Shown piece after piece: positions 34,678 through 43,621 of a stretch of DNA of 64,000 nt. The position numbers and the translations under genes are program-made. Numbering within the stretch: position 1 is the first letter of the stretch; every line of letters starts with the position of its first letter. This DNA comes from Prosthecobacter sp. (GTDB lineage Bacteria; Verrucomicrobiota; Verrucomicrobiia; Verrucomicrobiales; Verrucomicrobiaceae): contig JBIIRD010000028.1 in the NCBI GenBank assembly GCA_044341745.1, positions 34-64,033 of the forward strand. Reading direction: 5' to 3'. The notes beneath the pieces are model-generated. The model made no database searches, was not told where the DNA came from, and was given only the letters and a program-made list of their open reading frames with translations.

Positions 34678-37600
34678 TTATTTCAGCGTTTGCAGCCAGG
34701 CGACAAGATCCACAAGGCCCTGTGGGCCGACTGCGGCGGCGAGTCCAGGTGGCATGAGGGAGTCCTTCATTTCCTCTTTCCTGACGATGTCCGCCTTTTT
34801 GACCGTGGTGGACGCACCACCGGCCATGCGCAGGGTGAGTTCGGTGTCGGTTTCGCTGACGACATAGCCCATCATCGCCAGTCCGTCCTTCGTTGACACG
34901 TTGAAGCCGACAAAGCTGTGCTCGATGGCGGCTCCTGGATAGAGGATGGCGGTGAAGAGGCCGTCCTTGCTGAGCTTCGCGCCAATCTGCGAGAGGTCCG
35001 GGCCGAAGTCGATGAATTGGCCTTTGACGCGATGACAGGCCACGCAGCCCGCCTGCATGAACATGGCCTGACCTTTGCCTGCATCGCCCTTCATCTGCAT
35101 GAGCTCGGGCAGCTTCGGGAAATTCGCCAACCCTTGTGCGGCAGGAAGAGGCAGGGTCTTCGCGGCTTCGTTGCGCACACTGGCGTCGGTGCTGCGGCTG
35201 AGGACCAGAGCGGCCTGATTTTTCAATTCGGGTGGCAGCCTTCCTTCGGACTGCCATTTGAGGATCGCGCGACCGCCTTCACCGCTGAGCGCGAGGGCGT
35301 CGATGAGCACGCGGCGCACGTCCTCGCGCTTCTCCGGCCAGAAATGCTGGTTCATGACCGCCACCGCCGCTCGATCGCTCACGCGCCCCAGCGCCGCGAT
35401 GAGCGCCTTGGCGGATTTCGCGTCCGCATCCTTCAAAAAGCGCAGCGCACCATCCCGGTTCGCAGCGATGAGCCGCGCCGCGTTCACCGATTCCGGCGCG
35501 TTCGGGTTCGCGCTGATGAAGTCGAGCAGTTCCTTCTCAAATCCCGTCAGGTTGAGCCTTTCGACCAAGGCCACAAAGTCCGCCTTGCCGATCACCGGCT
35601 TCAAAAGCGCCTCCAGCCGCGTCTTGGCCTCCGGATTCGAAGCGATGGCATTGCGGTCAAGCAACGCGGTGGCGGCGAGGGCGGTGTCGGCATCGGCTTT
35701 GAGGAAGATGGTGAGCGCGGCTTTGGAGACTTCTTCGCGGTGGTGGTAGGCGAGGAGCTGGAGGGCGCGGAGACCGTGGACCTTGAGTGCATTGTTGGCG
35801 TCCATGAAGCCTACACCTGTCGCCCTTGCAGGATCGTGGAGTGCTGCACGCCAGTTTTGGAGGTCGGTCACATACACTGGTGCCTCATGGGGAAGAACCG
35901 CCCACCTTGATTTTGAATGAAGATCTTGAGAAATGCCCCAGGCCTCCAAGGCCCAGCGATCATGGTCATCCGTCATGCTGATCAGCTTGCTCCATACGCT
36001 ATTGGCCTGATCTGAGCCATCAAACCTCAACGCGATCGCCGCTTCGCGGCGCACGGCGGGAGACTTGTCATTCACGACTTTCGCGATGACTTCGCGGAGC
36101 TTCTCGGGCTGATCACGATACACTTGGCGCGCCGCACGGATCGCGGTTATGCGGATGTTTTCATCAGTGTCTTCGAGAACCGATTCATGCAGTGAGCCGA
36201 AAGCGGTGTGACTGTTCGCTTCCACCAGCACTCCAGATGCTGGCGAGACATTGTATTGTTTCTTGCCCAATGTGGCGAGCAACCACAACGCCCGCGCGCG
36301 ATGCTGCGGTTCGGCTTTCATGTCTTCGAACAATGCCTGAATGCGGTCGATTGGTGCTCCTGGCTTGCACAGTTCCTGCCATCCAGCGTAACGGGCTGAT
36401 TCGTTGGGAGATTGAAGAAGTTGAAATGCCAACGCCCATTGGTCTCCGCGAGTGATGCTTTGGACGGGTTTATACCTCTCCGCCGCCTTCGTCGTCACGC
36501 GGAACAACCTGCCGCGCGTCACATCCCCCATCCCATGCCCGCCGACCCCGGGATCATACCAGTCGGCGACTATCAGTGAGCCATCAGGAGCGACGGCGAC
36601 GTCGCTGGGTCTGAACCAGCGGTCGCGGCTGCCGTCGAGAATGTTGACGATCTCGGCCTTGTAACCGGCGCCGTCGGGCTGGGTGATGTAGCCGCGGACG
36701 ATGTTGGGACCGGCGTCGCAATGAATGGGCTGGCCGTGGAAGATGCTGGGCAGCAAGTCGCCTTCATAGACCTGCATGCCGGTGGGGCTGCCGGCGCCGG
36801 TCATGAGCATGTTCGGGACGACGCCGGGATCGTTTTGATGCCAGTGACGCTGCGGGATCTCGCTTTCCCAGCCGATGCGCGGGACCTGCCAGCCTTCGCC
36901 GGTCATCTCGTCAGAATAACCATAGTTGCCGAACTCCATGACGTAGTTGATGCGCACGCCTTTGTTGCCGTCGTCGTCGTTGTCGGACTGCCACATCGTG
37001 CCGAAGCTATCGACGGCGACTTCCCAGTTGTTGCGGAAGTTCCAGGCGAGCATCTCGACGTTGCTGCCGTCGAGCTCGCAGCGGAAGACCAGGCCCTGCT
37101 GGTAGGGGCGGTTGTTTTGATTGGTGCACTTCACGCCGTGGATGTCGGTGATGAGGTTGCCATCCTTGTCACAGAGCTGTTTGCCGGCGTTGCCAAAGTT
37201 GAAGTAGAGGCGTCCATCGGGGCCGAAGTGGAAGGCGTGGATGCCGTGGTCGTGCTGCGCGCCGCCGATCTTCGTGAACATGAGCTCCTTGCGGTCGGCC
37301 TTGTCATCGCCGTTGTCGTCGATGAGCCAGAAGACGTCGTCCCCGCAGGACACGAGGGCCTTGTTGCCGAGCACGCAGATGCCATGGGCGCTGTTGACGT
37401 CGGTGCCCTGGTAAAAGGTGGTGGATTTGTCGGCCTTTGCGTCGCCGTCGGTGTCTTCGAGGATGAGGATGCGGTCGCCCTCGGCGCGTTCGCCGTTGTG
37501 CTTGCGATAGTTCACGACCTCGCAGACCCAGACTCGTCCGCGGTGGTCGATGTCGATGCTGGCAGGCGAGAGCATCATGGGTTCGCTGGCGAAAAGCTGC

Positions 37601-38184
37601 ACTTTGAGTTCCGGATGCACCTCCAGCTGCTCAACGGCCTTGTCGGGCTCGTGGGAGGCGCTGTTCACGTCGCTCGCGGCCAGGGGGCCGGGGTTCTCGG
37701 TGTAAACGGCGAAGACGACGCTGTCGCCACCCTGCCTTGAGCCGCCCTCATCGAGCACGCCGCGGGCCTTGAAGCGTTTCACGCCTGCGGGCAGGTTGTA
37801 GGCGATGACGCTGTTGGCGTGCGTGCCGATGCCGTATTCGAGGGCCTTTCCGGCGCTGCGCAGCTCCTGACCGCTGGCGTTGGCGTTCACCTTGACGCCG
37901 CCCCAGCCGCTGAGGGCGGATTTCCATTCGACCTCGGTGAGCCGGATCTCGCCGCCATCAGCCCGGATGAGCCTGGGTTCGGCCCAGTCCGCCCAGTCCG
38001 CGGCATAGCCGTTGCCTCCGTCGGTGACGACCAGGAACAGCTCCCTGGCCCCGTCCAGAGGCACGTCGATGTCCACCGAATGGTTAGGCGTGTCCGGAGT
38101 GACGAGCTTGGACTGGAAAACAGGTTGGGCGGCGGCGGCCAGCGCGGGCAGCAGCAGGAGAAGGGCGAGGCTTTTCATGGGCAT
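34678..38184 (-). CDS. PVC-type haem-binding CxxCH protein (NPCBM-like domain, membrane-bound-dehydrogenase propeller, HEAT repeats, cytochrome c)
   Basis: 1168 aa with a signal peptide. NPCBM-like N-terminus (ELFLVVTDGGNGYAADWADWAEPRL). Dehydrogenase/propeller region (HGICV, GNYGYSDE). HEAT-like repeats. C-terminal GQAMFMQAGCVACHRVKGQFIDFGPDLSQIG. Confidence 0.88.
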   Translation of the reverse strand: MPMKSLALLLLLPALAAAAQPVFQSKLVTPDTPNHSVDIDVPLDGARELFLVVTDGGNGYAADWADWAEPRLIRADGGEIRLTEVEWKSALSGWGGVKVNANASGQELRSAGKALEYGIGTHANSVIAYNLPAGVKRFKARGVLDEGGSRQGGDSVVFAVYTENPGPLAASDVNSASHEPDKAVEQLEVHPELKVQLFASEPMMLSPASIDIDHRGRVWVCEVVNYRKHNGERAEGDRILILEDTDGDAKADKSTTFYQGTDVNSAHGICVLGNKALVSCGDDVFWLIDDNGDDKADRKELMFTKIGGAQHDHGIHAFHFGPDGRLYFNFGNAGKQLCDKDGNLITDIHGVKCTNQNNRPYQQGLVFRCELDGSNVEMLAWNFRNNWEVAVDSFGTMWQSDNDDDGNKGVRINYVMEFGNYGYSDEMTGEGWQVPRIGWESEIPQRHWHQNDPGVVPNMLMTGAGSPTGMQVYEGDLLPSIFHGQPIHCDAGPNIVRGYITQPDGAGYKAEIVNILDGSRDRWFRPSDVAVAPDGSLIVADWYDPGVGGHGMGDVTRGRLFRVTTKAAERYKPVQSITRGDQWALAFQLLQSPNESARYAGWQELCKPGAPIDRIQALFEDMKAEPQHRARALWLLATLGKKQYNVSPASGVLVEANSHTAFGSLHESVLEDTDENIRITAIRAARQVYRDQPEKLREVIAKVVNDKSPAVRREAAIALRFDGSDQANSVWSKLISMTDDHDRWALEAWGISQDLHSKSRWAVLPHEAPVYVTDLQNWRAALHDPARATGVGFMDANNALKVHGLRALQLLAYHHREEVSKAALTIFLKADADTALAATALLDRNAIASNPEAKTRLEALLKPVIGKADFVALVERLNLTGFEKELLDFISANPNAPESVNAARLIAANRDGALRFLKDADAKSAKALIAALGRVSDRAAVAVMNQHFWPEKREDVRRVLIDALALSGEGGRAILKWQSEGRLPPELKNQAALVLSRSTDASVRNEAAKTLPLPAAQGLANFPKLPELMQMKGDAGKGQAMFMQAGCVACHRVKGQFIDFGPDLSQIGAKLSKDGLFTAILYPGAAIEHSFVGFNVSTKDGLAMMGYVVSETDTELTLRMAGGASTTVKKADIVRKEEMKDSLMPPGLAAAVGPQGLVDLVAWLQTLK

Positions 38185-38233
38185 GGACGGAACTGGACCG
38201 GGTCCGCCAGTCCACCTCCTTGCCCTGCGAGTG

Positions 38234-38677
38234 TCAACTTTCGAAAACCATCTGCCCGGCTGGAACTTCCAGGTGGATTTTCATGCCATACTCCAGCCCC
38301 TCCGTCCATGGCAGCAGCAGTTCCAGAACGTCGGGTGTCTGAAAGTGCGTCGGCTTGGTGTCGGGGTGCGGAAAATAGATCCAGCCGCTGACCGGCGCCC
38401 CGGTTTCACGATGCACCGTGACATTGAAGAAGGAGAAGTCCTCGGCCGGATCCTCGGGATGCCATTTCAGGGCCTTGAAGGTGTGCCTGGCGGCAAGAGT
38501 GCGGAAGCTTCGTGGTGCGATGCTGACGTTGAGAGTGCCCGGATAAAAGCCGTTCAAGTCCAGGCCGCGTTCAAGAAAGTGCGGCAGCTGCATGCGGATG
38601 GTTCCGCCTGGAAAGCGCGGGTTGCCATTCAAGCCGGAGGCGACCCGGTGGCCTGGAACGATGATGGCGGGGATCAT
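38234..38677 (-). CDS. DUF120-like protein (fold of the archaeal CTP-dependent riboflavin kinase); function unknown
   Basis: 147 aa. GHRVASGLNG... and LNGFYPGTLNVSI resemble the G-x-V-x-SG ... PYPGTLN(L/V) blocks of DUF120/RibK. The start ATG at 38677 overlaps the DUF1501 stop (ATGA). Confidence 0.45.
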   Translation of the reverse strand: MIPAIIVPGHRVASGLNGNPRFPGGTIRMQLPHFLERGLDLNGFYPGTLNVSIAPRSFRTLAARHTFKALKWHPEDPAEDFSFFNVTVHRETGAPVSGWIYFPHPDTKPTHFQTPDVLELLLPWTEGLEYGMKIHLEVPAGQMVFES

Positions 38678-40086
38678 GAGAGAATCTGCCGGATCACCTT
38701 GCAGGGCTCGACGCCGGTGAGCTTGAAGTCGAGACCCGCAGCGCGGAAGCTGAGGCGTTCATGATCCATGCCGAGTTGGTGAAGGATGGTGGCGTGGATG
38801 TCGGCCACGTGGACTTCGTCCTCGATGATGTTGAAGCCCATCTCGTCGGTCGCGCCAAGGGTGACGCCGCCCTTGATGCCGCCGCCGGCCATCCACATCG
38901 TGAAGGCCTGTGGATGGTGATCGCGGCCCATGCTGCGGCCGAGCGAGACGCTGGCCTCGACCATCGGCGTGCGGCCGAATTCACCACCCCAGACGACAAG
39001 CGTGCTGTCGAGCAGGCCGCGCTGCTTGAGATCCTTCACCAGCGCGGCGCTGGCCTGGTCGGTGTTTTTGCAGTTGTTGCGCACGTTGCCCTCGACGTTG
39101 CTGTGCGCGTCCCAGCCTTCGTTGTAGATGTTGATGAAGCGCACGCCGCGCTCGATCATGCGCCTTGCGAGCAGGCAGGCCCTGGCGAAGGACGGCACCT
39201 TCGGATCGCAGCCATACATTTTCAGCGTGGCCTCATCTTCCTTCGTGAGGTCCATCAGCTCCGGCGCGGAGGTTTGCAGGCGGTAGGCCATCTCGTAGTT
39301 CGCGATGCGCGTGGCCGTCTCGCCATCGCCATCGAGCTTCAGACGGCGATGATTGAGCGCGTTGATGAGGTCGATGGTGTCCTTCTGCGTGCCGGGCGTG
39401 ATGCCTTCCGGCGTGCTCACATTCAAAATGGGGTCGCCTGTGTTGCGGAATCGTGTGCCGGAATACACGCTCGGCAGGAAACCGCTGCTCCAGCAGGCCG
39501 CACCGCCGCTGATGCCGCTGCCGGTGCTCATCACGACAAAGCTCGGCAGATCCCGCGTCTCCGCGCCGAGGCCATACGTCACCCACGATCCCATGCTGGG
39601 CCGTCCGGGCTGAGAGAAGCCGGTGTTCATGTAAATCTGCGCCGGGGCGTGGTTGAACTGTGTCGTGCGGCAGGACTTCACGATGGCGATGTCGTCAACA
39701 ATGCCCGCCAGATGCGGCAGCACCTCGGAGAGTTCCGCGCCGCACTGTCCGTGCTTCGCGAATTTGAAGCGCGGCCCCAAAACCGCCGCATCCGGACGAA
39801 TGAAGGCATAACGCTGCCCGCCGATGACCGAAGGCGGCAGCGGCTTGCCTTCGTACTTCGTCAGCATCGGCTTGTGATCGAACATCTCGAGCTGCGACGG
39901 CGCACCGGCCATGAACATGTGAATGACCGCCTTCGCCTTCGGCTGAAAATGCGAGGTCGCGGCCACATTCGGGCTCTTCGACGCTCCATAAGCCGACTCC
40001 GCCAGCAACGAAGCCAGCGCGATCTTGCCGGTGCCGACAGCGCAATCATTGAAGAAGTGACGGCGAGTGATGTTGGGGGTGTTCAT
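38674..40086 (-). CDS. DUF1501 protein with Tat signal (pair 2)
   Basis: Start set at 40086 (MNTPNITRRHFFNDC). Conserved blocks VIHMFMAGAPSQLEMFDHKP, GGEFGRTP, GRDHHP, DIHATILHQLG. Confidence 0.9.
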   Translation of the reverse strand: MNTPNITRRHFFNDCAVGTGKIALASLLAESAYGASKSPNVAATSHFQPKAKAVIHMFMAGAPSQLEMFDHKPMLTKYEGKPLPPSVIGGQRYAFIRPDAAVLGPRFKFAKHGQCGAELSEVLPHLAGIVDDIAIVKSCRTTQFNHAPAQIYMNTGFSQPGRPSMGSWVTYGLGAETRDLPSFVVMSTGSGISGGAACWSSGFLPSVYSGTRFRNTGDPILNVSTPEGITPGTQKDTIDLINALNHRRLKLDGDGETATRIANYEMAYRLQTSAPELMDLTKEDEATLKMYGCDPKVPSFARACLLARRMIERGVRFINIYNEGWDAHSNVEGNVRNNCKNTDQASAALVKDLKQRGLLDSTLVVWGGEFGRTPMVEASVSLGRSMGRDHHPQAFTMWMAGGGIKGGVTLGATDEMGFNIIEDEVHVADIHATILHQLGMDHERLSFRAAGLDFKLTGVEPCKVIRQILS

Positions 40087-40126
40087 TATGTGCAAAGTGT
40101 GAGTGCGAAATGGTATTGGGTATTCT

Positions 40127-40570
40127 TCAAGTATCGTAATCGCCGCTATCCCAGGGTTCGGTGAAGGCCATGTAGTTGCCGGGTTGTAATTCGACCCACC
40201 AATCATCGTCATCTTCCTCTGGTGGACGAGGGATCAGGCCAAAAACAGTTCCGAACTGCTCTGTTTCAAATGGCTTAACTTCGATGCGCTCGTAGCGAAC
40301 ATCGCCCAATTCTGAGAGCCTTTTCTCGAAGGCTGCCCGACAAGTGGCTTCGTCAATTTGAGAACGCGGCCCCATATCGTCGACTTTCGCCTCCAGAAAG
40401 TTTCCACTTGGATCGAAAAGAAATAGAGCAACGAACTCTCGACCAGACTTTCCACCTATCGCCGGAACAAATGGTGTCGTGAGGAAAAATTGTCGGCCAA
40501 CTGAGTCACGCCCGACGTGACTTGCGTGATAGTCGTCGTGATCGATAGCAATAATGGTCGGTTTGCTCAT
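40127..40570 (-). CDS. Orphan cytoplasmic-type hypothetical protein with acidic C-terminus
   Basis: 147 aa from the ATG at 40570 (MSKPTIIAIDHDDYH...). No signal peptide. PPEEDDDDWW acidic tract. Sampled 60-nt lines are 45-50% G+C. It is wedged between the DUF1553 and DUF1501 genes of pair 2. Confidence 0.5.
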   Translation of the reverse strand: MSKPTIIAIDHDDYHASHVGRDSVGRQFFLTTPFVPAIGGKSGREFVALFLFDPSGNFLEAKVDDMGPRSQIDEATCRAAFEKRLSELGDVRYERIEVKPFETEQFGTVFGLIPRPPEEDDDDWWVELQPGNYMAFTEPWDSGDYDT

Positions 40571-40574
40571 GTGG

Positions 40575-43553
40575 TTACGGATGAGTAATGGCTTCATCAA
40601 GGTTCAGCACCGCACGGCAAACCGAAGTCCACAGGGCTTCGCCGTCGAGTTTTTGGTCGCGTTGCTTTTGGAGGAAGGTTTTGAGCATCGTGAGCTCGTC
40701 GGAGGCAGGGGGGCGGGTGAGGCAGCGGCGGAAGGTGTTGGTGAGGCGGGAGTCGTCGTCGGGGGATTCGGCGAGGACGGCCTTGGCCATGGCTTGGGCG
40801 GCTTCCATGAACATCTGGTCGTTGAGGAGCGTGAGGGCTTGCAGCGGGCTGTTGGAGACATCGCGACGGGCGAGGCAAGCCTCGCCGGTGGGCGCGTCGA
40901 AGGTGGTGGCCATGGCGAAGGGCGCGGTGCGCTTCGTGAAAGTGTAAAGGCTGCGGCGGTGGCGGTCCTCGCCTTCGCTGACCTTCCATTCCACCTTGCC
41001 GTAGGTGCCTTCGGAGGTGACGCTGGCGGGCTGGGGCGGATACACGCCCGGACCGCCCATTTTGAGGGAGAGCAGGCCCGCGGCTTTCAGCGCGGAATCG
41101 CGAATGATTTCGGCATCGAGGCGGAAGCGCGGAGCGTGAGTGAGGAGGATGTTTTCGGGATCCGTCTGATCGGACGGATTGGACCGATGGCTGGCTTGTT
41201 TGTAGGTGGCGCTCATCACGATGAGCTTGTGCAGCTTCTTCAGGCTCCAGCCGTCTTTGACGAACTGCACGGCGAGCCAGTCGAGCAGTTCGGGATGGCT
41301 TGGGGCCTCGCTTTGATAGCCGAAGTCCTCGAGGCTCTTCACGAGTCCACGGCCGAAGAAGGCCTGCCACTGGCGGTTGACGGTGACGCGTGCAGTGAGC
41401 GGGTTTTCAGGGCTGAAGAGCCATTTGGCGAAGGTGAGACGGTTCGCGGGAGCATTCTTTGGCAGCGAGGGCAGGAAGGCGGGCACGGCGGGCGGCACGG
41501 TTTCCTTTGGCTGGAGGTATTCGCCGCGATGGTGGCGGTTGGTGGGGCGTGGATTGGAGGCGGGACGCTCCTTCATCGCCAGCGTGGGCTGGCCGCGTGG
41601 CATCTGGCGACGTGCGGCAAGCAGGGGCGCGGCGGCCTGCTTCATCTCGGGCGTGGTGACGAGGAACTCGCGCATCAGGGCCTCGCGCTTGGTGGAGTCG
41701 TTGGTCGCCAGGGCGTTTTCAACTTCCAAGGGATGCCCGGTGGCCTCGGCGTGGTTGCTGGTGGTCACGGAGAGGCGGAAGTGGCCGAGCGGGCAGGCGA
41801 AGTGCTTTTCGAAGAGCATCTTCAGATCAAAGCCGTTCGTCAGATCGATGGGTTTTTCGAAATGAAACACCGCCGCGTGGCTTTGACCGTAACCGCCGAG
41901 CACCTGCCAGCCGCTGGACATTTCGGCGTCGAGCGTGGCCATGGCGTTGTTGGTTTTCTTCGCTGCGGCCTTGCGTGCGGCTTTCTTCGTCGGCTTTGCG
42001 GTGGTGGCGGCGTCGTTGATCTTGTCTTCCTCCTCTTCGTTGGTGGCCTCGGCACGGATGATGGGCACTCGCTGACCGTTTTGGAAGGCCTGGAGCTCGC
42101 TCAGAAAGAAGCCGCCGATGGGGCCTTCGTAGTAGGTAAGGCCGGGGCCGTCGTTGGGCAGGCTCGGATGGCTGGCGACCTCGAGCTTGATCGCGGTGAC
42201 TCCCTTGATCGGCGCCTTGAAGCTCAAGTCATAGACATCGCTCTTTGAGATGTCCCCGCTGCCGAGGATGAAGCCGTCGCTCTGCTGCTCCAGCTGCGGC
42301 ATGGAGGACTTCATGGCCGTGGGGCGGAGGATCTGCCAGTTCGAGGCCCGCTTCGACTCGTCCTTGATCCAGCTGGTGAAACGGGCCTGCATCGCCGCTG
42401 CGCCTCCTGGGAACTTGCTGGGCAGACCGGCCTCCAGCTTCGTGATGCGCTCGGCGTGCGCTTTCTGCTGCTGCTCGATGTCGGGCGTGGGGATATGGTA
42501 GGTCGGTTCGTCAGCGTTGTTGAGCAGGGCCATGACGCTGTAAAAGTCGGTGTGCAGGATGGGGTCGTACTTGTGCGTGTGGCACTGGGCGCAGTTCATC
42601 GTCAGGCCCATCCACGCGGTGCCGGTGACGCCGACGCGGTCCACCATGGCATAGAAGCGATATTCGTTCGGGTCGATGCCGCCTTCCTCATTGAGCATGG
42701 TGTTGCGATGAAAGCCGGTGGCGATGATGTCATCCGGCGTGGCGTTGGGGAGCATGTCACCGGCGAGCTGCCGGATGCTGAACTGGTCGAAGGGCATGTC
42801 CTCGTTGAGGGCCTTCACAACCCAGTCGCGGTAGGGCCAGATCTGGCGCGGACGATCCTTTTCGAAGCCGTTGGTGTCCGCATACCGGGCCAGGTCGAGC
42901 CAGCGTCGGGCCCAACGTTCGCCGTATTGGGGGGAGTTGAGGAGGGAGTCAACGAGCTGCTCGTAGGCCTTGTCGGACGGGGCCGACTTGTCCGACGAGT
43001 CGGACGCTTTGACGAAGGCATCCGCTTCGGCGGGTGTGGGGGGAAGCCCGATCAGGTCGAGATACACGCGGCGCACGAGTTTGTGTGGGTCGGCCTCGGG
43101 GGCGGGTGTGAGGCCTTCCTTTTTCAGCCGTTCACGGATGAAGTGATCGATGCCGGCCTTCGGATCTTTCGAAGGCTGCGGAGCCGTGTAGGCCCAGTGC
43201 GCCTCATACTTCGCGCCTTCGGTGATCCATTGCCTGAGGATGTTCTTCTCCTTGTCGGAGAGCACTTTCTTCGTGTGCGGCGGCGGCATGACATCGTCCT
43301 CGTCGGTGGAGAGAATGCGTTTCACCACCTCGCTGGCGTCGGGTTTGCCGGGCACGATGGCGGTCTCGCCGGACTTGCCGGAGCCGTAGGCGGACGCCTG
43401 CAGGTCGAGGCGCAGCTTGCCCTTTCGGCCGTGGTCGTCCATGCCGTGGCAGGTGAAGCATTGCTGCGCGAGCACGGGACGCACGTCCCGGTTGAAGTCG
43501 AGGGCGTGGGCAAGGGCGGGCAGGCAGAGAAGGGCGAGGGGCAGGCGCTTCAT
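40575..43553 (-). CDS. PSCyt1/DUF1549/DUF1553 exported protein (pair 2)
   Basis: 992 aa with a signal peptide. FNRDVRPVLAQQCFTCHGMD, RRVYLDLIGLPPT, CAQCHTHKYDP, and the DUF1553-type C-terminus (FDAPTGEACLARRDVSNSPLQAL). Confidence 0.9.
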   Translation of the reverse strand: MKRLPLALLCLPALAHALDFNRDVRPVLAQQCFTCHGMDDHGRKGKLRLDLQASAYGSGKSGETAIVPGKPDASEVVKRILSTDEDDVMPPPHTKKVLSDKEKNILRQWITEGAKYEAHWAYTAPQPSKDPKAGIDHFIRERLKKEGLTPAPEADPHKLVRRVYLDLIGLPPTPAEADAFVKASDSSDKSAPSDKAYEQLVDSLLNSPQYGERWARRWLDLARYADTNGFEKDRPRQIWPYRDWVVKALNEDMPFDQFSIRQLAGDMLPNATPDDIIATGFHRNTMLNEEGGIDPNEYRFYAMVDRVGVTGTAWMGLTMNCAQCHTHKYDPILHTDFYSVMALLNNADEPTYHIPTPDIEQQQKAHAERITKLEAGLPSKFPGGAAAMQARFTSWIKDESKRASNWQILRPTAMKSSMPQLEQQSDGFILGSGDISKSDVYDLSFKAPIKGVTAIKLEVASHPSLPNDGPGLTYYEGPIGGFFLSELQAFQNGQRVPIIRAEATNEEEEDKINDAATTAKPTKKAARKAAAKKTNNAMATLDAEMSSGWQVLGGYGQSHAAVFHFEKPIDLTNGFDLKMLFEKHFACPLGHFRLSVTTSNHAEATGHPLEVENALATNDSTKREALMREFLVTTPEMKQAAAPLLAARRQMPRGQPTLAMKERPASNPRPTNRHHRGEYLQPKETVPPAVPAFLPSLPKNAPANRLTFAKWLFSPENPLTARVTVNRQWQAFFGRGLVKSLEDFGYQSEAPSHPELLDWLAVQFVKDGWSLKKLHKLIVMSATYKQASHRSNPSDQTDPENILLTHAPRFRLDAEIIRDSALKAAGLLSLKMGGPGVYPPQPASVTSEGTYGKVEWKVSEGEDRHRRSLYTFTKRTAPFAMATTFDAPTGEACLARRDVSNSPLQALTLLNDQMFMEAAQAMAKAVLAESPDDDSRLTNTFRRCLTRPPASDELTMLKTFLQKQRDQKLDGEALWTSVCRAVLNLDEAITHP

Positions 43554-43621
43554 GGAGGAGAAGTACGCCCCTGAAACCGACCTTCCGCAGCCGATATTGC
43601 GCCTGTCTGATCCGCCGGGCC

